DNA of 64,000 bases, from the NCBI GenBank assembly GCA_902491895.1, contig CABUJH010000002.1, positions 2,143 to 66,142 of the forward strand, in the 5' to 3' direction. The notes beneath the pieces were generated by a model, which saw nothing but the letters and a program-made list of their open reading frames with translations, ran no database searches and was not told the origin of the DNA. Both the position numbers and the translations under genes were made by a program. Below, piece after piece: positions 1-8,272 of the stretch; position 1 is the stretch's first letter; each line of letters begins with the position of its first letter. The stretch comes from an uncultured Collinsella sp. (lineage in GTDB: Bacteria > Actinomycetota > Coriobacteriia > Coriobacteriales > Coriobacteriaceae).

Positions 1-29
1 CGTATACTTCTTCCGGTTCGGTCGCCACG

Positions 30-1853
30 ATGACGGCCAACGTGTCCGGCAACGATAACCTTAACGACCTGGGCGACGGCCCGCGTCAGCCCGGCGACCC
101 CGAGCGCTACCCCGTGGGCGCGGTGACCCGCCGTCTGCTGGGCTACGTCCGTCCGCATCGCATTTCGTTTACGGCGTCGTTTGTGAGCGCCGCCATCTCG
201 GTGGTCTTGCAACTCTATACGCCCATCCTCATCGGCGAGGGCATCGACCTCATCGTTGCCGCCGGGCAGGTGGACTTCGGGTCGCTGCTGCCGCTTGTTA
301 CCAAGCTCGCAACCGTCGTGGTGGGCGCGGCAGCCTTCCAGTGGCTGCAGGGCTACTGCGTCAACCGTCTATCCTACGAAACGGTGCGCGACATGCGCGT
401 GGAGGCGAGCGACAAGCTCAGCCGCATGCCGCTCAGCTTTATTGACGGCCATGCCCACGGCGACCTCATGAGCCGCGTGGTCAACGATGTCGACCAGGTG
501 GGCGATGGCCTGCTGCAGGGCTTTACGCAGCTCTTTACCGGCGTCATCACCATCGTGGGCACGCTCGCATTTATGCTCTCCATCAACCTGACCATGACGC
601 TCGTGGTGGTGCTCGTTACGCCGCTTTCCATCTTTGCGGCCGGTGCCATCGCCAAGCTTTCCAATAAGAGCTTCACTGCTCAACAGCGCATCCAGGGCCA
701 ACTCGGCGGTCATATCGAGGAGTATGTGGGTGAGCAAAAGCTCGTGGACGCCTTCGCCTACGGCCCGCACGCTCAACAGCGCTTTGATGCCCTTAACGCC
801 GAGCTCTATACGGCGGGCGAGCGCGCGCAGTTTATGGGCTCGCTCTCCAACCCCGGTACGCGCTTTATCAACAACATCATCTACGCCGTGGTTGCCGTGA
901 TCGGCTGCGCGGGCGTGATCACGGGCGTGCCTGCGGCGCTTACGGTGGGCGGCGTGCAGATCTTCCTGTCCTACGCCAACCAGTACACCAAGCCGTTCAA
1001 CGAGGTCACCAACGTCATTACGCAGATCCAGACGGCGTATGCCTCGGCGCGCCGCATGTTTGCGCTGCTCGATGCGCGCGAGCAGGAGCCCGATGCGGCG
1101 GATGCCGTGGAACTTGCCGCCCCGCAGGGTGAGGTGACCTTTGAGCATGTGGACTTTAGCTATGTGCCCGACCGCAAACTGCTGAAGGATATCTGCATCG
1201 ATGCCAAGCCCGGTATGCGCTATGCGCTCGTCGGTCCCACGGGCTGTGGCAAGACGACGCTCATCAACCTGCTGCTGCGCTTTTACGATATCGATGCTGG
1301 GCGCATCGTAGTCGATGGTCGCTCCTCGCGTGACTACACGCGCGCGAGCCTGCGCCGCGCCTTTGGCATGGTGCTGCAGGACACCTGGCTGTTCGAGGGC
1401 ACGGTAGCGGACAACATTGCTTACGGTTGCCCAGGCGCCACACGCGAGCAGGTTATCGAGGCGGCCAAGCGCGCGCATGCACACAAGTTTATCGTGCAGC
1501 TGCCAGGCGGCTACGATACGGTCATCGGCGAGGACGGCGGCACGTTTAGCCAGGGCCAAAAGCAGCTGCTGTGCATCGCGCGCGTCATGCTCACCGATCC
1601 GGCTATCTTGCTGCTGGACGAGGCGACCTCGAGTATCGACACGCGCACCGAGCTGCAGGTGCAGGCGGCATTCGACGAGCTCATGGCCGGTCGCACAAGC
1701 TTTGTCGTGGCACACCGCCTGTCGACGATCCGCAACGCCGACTGCATTCTGGTCATGCGCGACGGCCAGATTATCGAGCGTGGCACGCACGACGAGCTGC
1801 TGGCGGCAGATGGCTTCTATGCCGAGCTCTACCGCAGTCAGTTTGCCCAGTGA
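30..1853 (+). CDS. ABC exporter, fused permease/ATP-binding subunit
   Basis: N-terminal TM domain; Walker A GPTGCGKT, signature FSQGQKQ, Walker B LLLDEATS, H-loop AHRLST. Confidence 0.93.
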   Translation: MTANVSGNDNLNDLGDGPRQPGDPERYPVGAVTRRLLGYVRPHRISFTASFVSAAISVVLQLYTPILIGEGIDLIVAAGQVDFGSLLPLVTKLATVVVGAAAFQWLQGYCVNRLSYETVRDMRVEASDKLSRMPLSFIDGHAHGDLMSRVVNDVDQVGDGLLQGFTQLFTGVITIVGTLAFMLSINLTMTLVVVLVTPLSIFAAGAIAKLSNKSFTAQQRIQGQLGGHIEEYVGEQKLVDAFAYGPHAQQRFDALNAELYTAGERAQFMGSLSNPGTRFINNIIYAVVAVIGCAGVITGVPAALTVGGVQIFLSYANQYTKPFNEVTNVITQIQTAYASARRMFALLDAREQEPDAADAVELAAPQGEVTFEHVDFSYVPDRKLLKDICIDAKPGMRYALVGPTGCGKTTLINLLLRFYDIDAGRIVVDGRSSRDYTRASLRRAFGMVLQDTWLFEGTVADNIAYGCPGATREQVIEAAKRAHAHKFIVQLPGGYDTVIGEDGGTFSQGQKQLLCIARVMLTDPAILLLDEATSSIDTRTELQVQAAFDELMAGRTSFVVAHRLSTIRNADCILVMRDGQIIERGTHDELLAADGFYAELYRSQFAQ

Positions 1854-1928
1854 GCAAGCCCGTGGGGCAAATTAATCAGGTTTGTTTGTCTCATAGAGCG
1901 ATCGTGTTATATAGCGTTCTACCAGCGC

Positions 1929-1981
1929 GTGAAACAATTTGACGGCGTTTTGTGAAACAGTTTTTCGGCCATTCGTGAAAC
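1929..1981. promoter_or_regulatory. Three GTGAAAC direct repeats at 23-bp spacing, putative transcription-factor sites
   Basis: GTGAAAC at 1929, 1952 and 1975 in the AT-rich region upstream of the flavodoxin gene. Confidence 0.4.
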
Positions 1982-2150
1982 GTTCTGCGGCGGTTTCAAT
2001 CCGAAGTACATACTGTTAAATCTGTCCAAAGATGTCGTCTGCGTCGCCAATCGACAGACGGTGGTTTACATCTGTCACGTTAGTACTAAGATATTCATCT
2101 AATAAATTGCATTAGTGGCTTTAGTTTTGGGGGAAACGAGCAACGTGACT

Positions 2151-2702
2151 ATGACATGCTCTTTGGTGGTCAACAGCAAGAGCGGTAATACCAGGATGGT
2201 TTCGGGCGCGATCAAGCGCGCTCTGCAGGCTGCGGGCGTTGAGTTTGTCCATGCCGCGGCGTTGAGCGACGATGCGGATGCAGATCAGGTTGCGCTCGAG
2301 GCGCAGGGCGCCTGCGCGGCCGATACGGTGCTCGTCGGCTTTTGGTGCGACAAGGGCGCGTGCACGCCTTCGGTTGCCGCGCTGCTCTCCGCTCTGCACG
2401 GCAAGCGCGTTTTCCTCTTTGGTACCTGCGGTTTTGGCGCCGACCAGAGCTATTATCAGCAGATTATCAATCGCGTGACCTCCAATTTGGCCGAGGATGC
2501 CGAGCTTGTGGGTTGGGCAATGTGCCAGGGCAAGATGGGTCCCGCGGTCAAGCAGCGCTACGAGGCCATGCTCGAGCAAGATCCCGACAATGTCCGCTTT
2601 AAGATGCTGCTCGATAACTGGGTCGCCGCAAAGGATCACCCCACCAAGGAAGATCTGGACAACATGGCTGCAGCCGCCAAAAAGGCCGTGCTGGGGGAGT
2701 AG
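2151..2702 (+). CDS. Flavodoxin family protein (Flavodoxin_3/BilS-like)
   Basis: FMN-binding loop NSKSGNT, GFWCDKG, FLFGTCGFG, CQGKM and C-terminal HP motif; ATG at 2151 chosen as start. Confidence 0.85.
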   Translation: MTCSLVVNSKSGNTRMVSGAIKRALQAAGVEFVHAAALSDDADADQVALEAQGACAADTVLVGFWCDKGACTPSVAALLSALHGKRVFLFGTCGFGADQSYYQQIINRVTSNLAEDAELVGWAMCQGKMGPAVKQRYEAMLEQDPDNVRFKMLLDNWVAAKDHPTKEDLDNMAAAAKKAVLGE

Positions 2703-2744
2703 CTCCCATCGCTGACGGCGGTCGGTCCATCTTTCTAAATGAAA

Positions 2745-2873
2745 CGTCCTCCCGGGCGTCGGGGCACGAAGTTCCCTGCTCTACAGTCCTGCGCAAGACG
2801 AAGGCCACATTAAGTGGCCTTCTTTGCGTGCGGAACTCGCGATGAACTTCGTGCCCCGCCGTCCGGGAGGACG
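2745..2873. repeat. Structured ~130-bp palindromic element, family A, copy 1
   Basis: Nested stems (CGTCCTCCCGG/CCGGGAGGACG, GGGGCACGAAGTTC/GAACTTCGTGCCCC, GAAGGCCAC-ATTAA-GTGGCCTTC); homologous to the reverse complement of 8122-8252. Confidence 0.8.
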
Positions 2874-2929
2874 CCTCTTTATTGATGGGAGGCCTGATAG
2901 GTCGATGGTTCCGTGCCCGGATGCGTCCA

Positions 2930-3380
2930 AAGTGGGACGGGCTTTCCGGATGGTCAGGCTTTCGAAAAATGCGTCCCGGAAATTGCCTTTGGAATGGGAC
3001 GTAGTTTCCCGTTGAGGTGCTTTGCGGAAAGTGCATCCCACTCTGGGCGGTCGAAGTGGGACACACTTTCCCAAAGGCGCTCCAACGGGAAATTGCGTCC
3101 CATTATTCGGTCAAGAAACGGGATGCATTTTCCCAATGAGAGCAAAACCGGAAAATGCATCCCACAATCAGCCCTCAAAGTGGGACGCCGTTTCCCAATG
3201 AGGCTCAAGCGGAAAATGCATCCCGGAATTTGCGCTCAAAGTGGGATGCGGTTTCCGGTTGAGGGTCTAAGGGGAAAGTGCGTCCCAGAATCGACGCTTG
3301 AAATGGGATGCAGTTTCCCGATGAGGCACTCGACGGAAAATACATCCCAGAAATGGCCTTTGAGCTGGGATAAGATTTCC
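2930..3380. repeat. Tandem array of ~62-bp degenerate hairpin units (YGGGAYRCANTTTCC-N~14-GGAAANTGCRTCCC), about 8 units
   Basis: YGGGA unit starts at 2933, 2995, 3057, 3119, 3181, 3242, 3304 and 3366. Confidence 0.85.
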
Positions 3381-3503
3381 GCGGCATCTCGGATTCTCAA
3401 AAATGAGACACGCCGTTGGCGAAAATGAGACACGTGATATCGGGTATCGGATGTATCATTTGCAAAAATGAGTCCACTCCACTCGAATAAAGCGAGGTCC
3501 CTC

Positions 3504-6500
3504 ATGTACGTTCCACACCCCCGTATCCGTAGGCTGTCGAAAATCCCGCTTGTTGGGACGGCGGCGCTTGCTGCGTTGATCGCCACGAGCGTCGCCTGCT
3601 TCACGGCCACGCCCCAGGTTGCCCAGGCGGCAGACGCGCCCGCAATCACCGATATGACCGAGCAGGATTATCAAGCCCTGGGTCTGGGCACGAGCGAGGA
3701 CATTCCGGCCGATACCATTGGCCCCTATTCCACTGATACCCCCACGACGTTTGCCACGCGCAGCGAGGTCTATATGGCAGCTAACGGTAGCCATGGCAAT
3801 CGCTACACTCTGCGCGACAAGCTCGAGAACGTCGAGCGCGGTGACATTGGCGGCAGCAGCAAACTCACCGATGGCTATGGAAGTGTGTGGGGCGCCGCAA
3901 AGTTCTGGCAAAACGTCAACAACTTCGATACGAACAGCGATCTCTACAAGCATAGCGACTACGGTGGCGGCACCTGGTCGTACCTAAGCAACAATGAGTC
4001 CTCAACAGTACTCGCCAACGACAACAACGGTTTCTCGGGCATTCACGCCACGAGTGTTGAGTTCTGCAGCGACGCCAGCACGGGCAAAAAGAGCCGCGTT
4101 GCCGAGCTCCGTGCCTACGGCGACAGTTCCTCCACGACGATTGACGGCAAGTCATACGCCGGAAAGGTTGAGCTGGTCCTCTACTCGTTTAGCAACGGGC
4201 GTACGCGCACTCTCGACACACACCTGCCGGTGACGGTCAACACTAATATGATGTACGAAGGCCGTTTTAAGTACCTGGATGCCGGTTACCTGCAAGAGCA
4301 CGACGCCGTCTTTGATGTCGAGGCGGGCGATGTCGATGGCGACGGCGTCGACGAGCTTTTTGTCTACGCGGGCTGCTATGTCGACGAGAACGGCGTGCGC
4401 AAGGCTGTAGTCGACATGTATGACTTGGAGGGCGGCAACTGGAAGCAAAGCGTCGTCAAGATCGATGCCGGTAACGCCGCGGACTACACCACGCACAACA
4501 AGGGCGGGAACGACTCCTGGACGCAGCTTCAGTCAGCTCCTGTCGTTTCGCTAGCGGCCGGCGACCTCGATCGCGATTTTTGCGATGACCTCGCCATCGT
4601 GGTCTCGGCACCCTACGGCAAGAAGAATATTGATAAGTCGACGCATTGCGAGCTGTTTTCGTGGGATGCATCCAAGGGTGCGCTCGTCCATGTCGATGCT
4701 CTGGGCGACGCGGGCGCAATCTCCCTCTCCGCGAACGGCAAGACCATGGTCGCTGCGAATGCGACGTTCGGCACGTTTGCCGCCTACGATGAAGAGGGAA
4801 AGAAGACGGGTGAAACCGTCACGGGCCTTATTCTTGCGGGCTATGACTGGCAACGCAGCGCTTTTGATTACGGCGCTTCTGACGGCAGCAAGGGGCTGTA
4901 CGGCGCGCTGTACCGCTACGCGTATTTTGACTCGGAGTCTGGCGAGTTCAAACTTTCCGATTGCAAGGAATACAGAGACGGGCTCCTCGCCTCCTATGGG
5001 CTGATGCATGTGCCCAACAGCGCATGGAAGGATAGCGCTCAGGATAAGCGCTATCCGTGCACCTTGGCGCCTATTGCCCTTGCCACTGCCAACCTTGACG
5101 GCCTGTCCGAGCAGCTGGCGGTCGACGAGGTGCTCGTGGGCGGCGATGTGTTCCGCGACTTTGCCTGCAACACGGCACAGAGCGGGGCTCAGGGCTTGGG
5201 GTCCATGGTCGGAACCATGAGCATGAGCGGTCAGCAATACAACAGCAGCAACAAGCATGACCACAAGGGTATAGAGCAGGTGTGGATCAGCGACGTCAAG
5301 GCGGGCAGCGTCTCGGGTTCGGACCGCTATAACGAGAGCTTTATCGCCGTGGTGGGCAAGCACCGCGACGAGGACCTGCGCAAGAACGATGACTACTATT
5401 GGATGACCGCCTCGCATTTTTCGCTCGACGAGAACGGAAAGGTGCGCCGCGGCGAGGAGCAGGTGATTAGCGAGAGCAACCGTCGCGGCACTACCTACGG
5501 CACATTTATCTCGCTCGCGCTGCCCGATGTCGACAACGACAGCGTCAAGATCACGTACAAGGATCGCTACAAGGTCTATACCAACCCGCGCGTGCTTGCC
5601 GTGCTGCAGGATGCGCCCTATGTTGAGGATCTGGAGCAGGCATACGGCTATCTGGTGTTGGGCGGCACGTCATACGGAGAGGAAAAGGGCACGGGGACAT
5701 CCCAGGGCTATACCATTGGCGCCGAGTTGGGCGTTGCCGTCGAGGTGCAGACCGGTCCGCCCCTGGTCGCGATGAATGCTTCAGTCGATTTTGCCGCCGA
5801 GGGATGCTATGACTACCGGAGCGAGCGCACGGTCAGCGCAAGCGTAAGCTATGAGTCGCATGCCGGCGAGGGTGACAAGGCCGTGCTCTACACGATTCCG
5901 ATGGTCTATTACGAGTATGAGATCGAAAATGAGGAAACTGGTGGCAAGGGCGTGATGGCGGCGCCCGTGTCGCTCGGCGCGCAGACCTCGGTCGTTAATG
6001 TCGAGGCCTATGACCGCATTGCCAAACAGCACAATATGACGCCGCTCAGCTACTTTTTGACCAACCGGTCGGGAGAACCCGGAACCTATCAAACGACGCT
6101 CAACGGCGAGACTCCCGTTGGGGATTCCTTTGGCCTGGGCAAGCCTGGCGTAACGCGCGCCTACACGCACGATGGGTTTAACGGCGCCGCCGCGCAGTCG
6201 GGGGCGAGCATTGAGCAGACCATCGAAGTCGAAGAGGGCAAGGAGCAGGAGCTCGAGCTCGGCTTGACGCTGAACGGCAGCGTTGTCATGGGCGCGAAGC
6301 TCGCAAAGCACGAGTTGTTTGGCGGCCTGTGCTTTGGTGCCAACGCCGGCTTTACTACGGGTAACTCCTCGAGTGAATCGACCGAATACGGCGGCACCGT
6401 CGACAACCTGCCCGAGGCCGCGCAGGGCAAGTACGGTTTTGTGTGGCGTCTGGGCGTCAACGCGGTGGATGTCGACAAGTTCGAGGCAGACTCGGGCGAC

Positions 6501-7592
6501 AAGCTCGGCACCAAGGACACCGACCAGTTCTGGATCGTGGGCTATGACGTTAAGGACGTCGAGATGCCCGACGCGCCGGCCGTGACGGGCTTTACGGCAA
6601 ACGCTGTTGATTCGACAAGCATTACCTTTAGCTGGGACGATGTGCTCTCAAAGAAGGACGGCTTTAGCTACGGCGTGGGCATGCTGCAGAGTAATGCAGC
6701 GGACGCGGTTGTGAACAGCTGGAAGATTGCCGACAACACGCAGACCTCGCTCAAGTGGGATGGGCTGCAGCCCAATACGGAGTATCGATTCGCCATCGCC
6801 GCCGTTAAGAATGGATCCACGACCGAAACAGGTATTCGCTCGGCAATCATCACGGCCAAGACCATGCCCGATGGCATGACGATGACCGTGAGCGGACCTG
6901 CGGCGGATGCTGCGGAGGGGTCGGATCTTGGATACGACTCTTCGGTTGAGCGCGCGGCGGGAAGCCACCTGACACTCTCGGCGATTGGCCATGTGAAGCA
7001 ACTCGGTGCCGACGATAGCGAAACAGGGCTGGCACCGACCTATATGTGGTACCGCAAGGGCCGCGGCGAGACAGAGTTTAAGCTCGTGGGTGCCGATGGC
7101 AACCTCGCGGCTGGAACGGCCTCAAAGCTCGAGATTGACCTGACCGCAGACGATGACGGTGCGCAGTATTACTGCCACGTGGGATACAACGACGTGGGCC
7201 TCGACACCGGCACGACGCTCGTGAATATCGAGGCCGAGGAGACGGCGCCCACAACGGTGAACGCCACCCCAATCCGCACGCGCCGCCTGTTCTCACAGGC
7301 AAGTGCGGGCGCCAAGAAGTTCCTGGACCATACGCTGGTAAACACCGCCGGCCCAACCGATTCCGAAGGCTCAAAGGACCCCGAGACTCCTGAGACCCCG
7401 ACGAACCCGGACAAGCCCAAGTCCGACAACGGAGCTAAGATCGACACCAAGGTCAAGACTACGACCACAGCGAAGAACCTCGCAAACACCGGCGACCAAA
7501 CATTCGCCCTAGTCGCCACCGCAGCAGCAGCGGGAGCAACGTTCGTAGTGATAGCCCTCATCATGCTGATCAAGCGCCGCAAGACCCACTAG
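3504..7592 (+). CDS. Large sortase-anchored surface protein with FG-GAP/VCBS-like motifs and a fibronectin type III domain
   Basis: Signal peptide; GDVDGDGVDEL and GDLDRDFCDDL motifs; FN3 (LQPNTEYRFAIAA); Pro-rich linker; LANTG + TM + KRRK sorting signal; GAGG before ATG 3504. Confidence 0.88.
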   Translation: MYVPHPRIRRLSKIPLVGTAALAALIATSVACFTATPQVAQAADAPAITDMTEQDYQALGLGTSEDIPADTIGPYSTDTPTTFATRSEVYMAANGSHGNRYTLRDKLENVERGDIGGSSKLTDGYGSVWGAAKFWQNVNNFDTNSDLYKHSDYGGGTWSYLSNNESSTVLANDNNGFSGIHATSVEFCSDASTGKKSRVAELRAYGDSSSTTIDGKSYAGKVELVLYSFSNGRTRTLDTHLPVTVNTNMMYEGRFKYLDAGYLQEHDAVFDVEAGDVDGDGVDELFVYAGCYVDENGVRKAVVDMYDLEGGNWKQSVVKIDAGNAADYTTHNKGGNDSWTQLQSAPVVSLAAGDLDRDFCDDLAIVVSAPYGKKNIDKSTHCELFSWDASKGALVHVDALGDAGAISLSANGKTMVAANATFGTFAAYDEEGKKTGETVTGLILAGYDWQRSAFDYGASDGSKGLYGALYRYAYFDSESGEFKLSDCKEYRDGLLASYGLMHVPNSAWKDSAQDKRYPCTLAPIALATANLDGLSEQLAVDEVLVGGDVFRDFACNTAQSGAQGLGSMVGTMSMSGQQYNSSNKHDHKGIEQVWISDVKAGSVSGSDRYNESFIAVVGKHRDEDLRKNDDYYWMTASHFSLDENGKVRRGEEQVISESNRRGTTYGTFISLALPDVDNDSVKITYKDRYKVYTNPRVLAVLQDAPYVEDLEQAYGYLVLGGTSYGEEKGTGTSQGYTIGAELGVAVEVQTGPPLVAMNASVDFAAEGCYDYRSERTVSASVSYESHAGEGDKAVLYTIPMVYYEYEIENEETGGKGVMAAPVSLGAQTSVVNVEAYDRIAKQHNMTPLSYFLTNRSGEPGTYQTTLNGETPVGDSFGLGKPGVTRAYTHDGFNGAAAQSGASIEQTIEVEEGKEQELELGLTLNGSVVMGAKLAKHELFGGLCFGANAGFTTGNSSSESTEYGGTVDNLPEAAQGKYGFVWRLGVNAVDVDKFEADSGDKLGTKDTDQFWIVGYDVKDVEMPDAPAVTGFTANAVDSTSITFSWDDVLSKKDGFSYGVGMLQSNAADAVVNSWKIADNTQTSLKWDGLQPNTEYRFAIAAVKNGSTTETGIRSAIITAKTMPDGMTMTVSGPAADAAEGSDLGYDSSVERAAGSHLTLSAIGHVKQLGADDSETGLAPTYMWYRKGRGETEFKLVGADGNLAAGTASKLEIDLTADDDGAQYYCHVGYNDVGLDTGTTLVNIEAEETAPTTVNATPIRTRRLFSQASAGAKKFLDHTLVNTAGPTDSEGSKDPETPETPTNPDKPKSDNGAKIDTKVKTTTTAKNLANTGDQTFALVATAAAAGATFVVIALIMLIKRRKTH

Positions 7593-7619
7593 TAGCCAGT
7601 CGAACATATCGACAACCCA

Positions 7620-7657
7620 AAAACCCGGGTAGCCAAAAAACAGGCCACCCGGGTTTT
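7620..7657 (+). terminator. Probable intrinsic terminator
   Basis: AAAACCCGGGT...ACCCGGGTTTT hairpin just after the stop codon. Confidence 0.6.
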
Positions 7658-7680
7658 CTGTTGAGTGGAGACTCCGCAAG

Positions 7681-8036
7681 CGGAAACTGCATCCCACAAT
7701 TAGCGCCCGGAACGGGACACATTTTCCGTCAAGCCCTCATCCGGAAAATCCATCCCAGTTTGAGCGCCCGGACCGGGACGCACTTTCCCAAAGGGTCCTC
7801 AACGGGAAACTGCGTCCCATAATTAGGCCGAGAAATGGGATGAACTTTCCCAATGAGAGCCAACCGGAAACCACGTCCCAGAATCAGCCCCCAAAGTGGG
7901 ACGCACTTTCCCAACGAGCCTCAACCGGAAAATACATCCCGGAATCCAGCTGAATAGTGGGACACACTTTCCCAATCGGGTCCCAAGCGGAAACTGCATC
8001 CCATTCCAGACAAGAATTCTGGGACACGGTTTCCGG
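7681..8036. repeat. Second 61-62-bp hairpin-unit array, about 6 units
   Basis: GGGA cores at 7714, 7775, 7837, 7898, 7959 and 8021 alternate with GGAAA..TCCC arms; same consensus as 2930-3380. Confidence 0.85.
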
Positions 8037-8121
8037 ATGCAAAAAAGGCCACATGACGTGGCCTTCAACTTATATATGTTCAGCAGGTGTCTCCATGACA
8101 AGCCGCGCTTCAACACCGAGG

Positions 8122-8252
8122 CGTCTGCCCGGCGACGCGGAATGTAAGGTTCATCGCGAGTTCCGCACGAGCCGGAGAGCACTTAATGTGCTCTCCGTGC
8201 GAGCAGGACTGTCCGAGCAGGGAACCTTACGTTCCGCGCCGCCGGGCAGACG
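8122..8252. repeat. Structured element family A, copy 2 (inverted relative to copy 1)
   Basis: Reverse complement shares GTTCCCTGCTC, ACAGTCCTGC, CACATTAAGTG and CGTGCGGAACTCGCGATGAAC with copy 1; stems differ but still pair. Confidence 0.8.
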
Positions 8253-8272
8253 AACCAGTTATGAGCGACCCG

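Noticed and set aside
2151..2702. Bilirubin-reduction operon, suggested by the BilS-like flavodoxin
   Set aside because: No bilR-like flavin oxidoreductase or bilQ-like regulator is adjacent.
2930..3380. CRISPR array call for the periodic repeats (also 7681-8036 and 29715-29887)
   Set aside because: Repeats are degenerate and alternate in orientation, the variable parts are only ~14-17 nt, and there are no cas genes in the window.
2599..3649. Short ORFs across the repeat arrays (also 7729-8280 and 29585-30072)
   Set aside because: Translations of non-coding palindromic repeats; no RBS and atypical codon usage.
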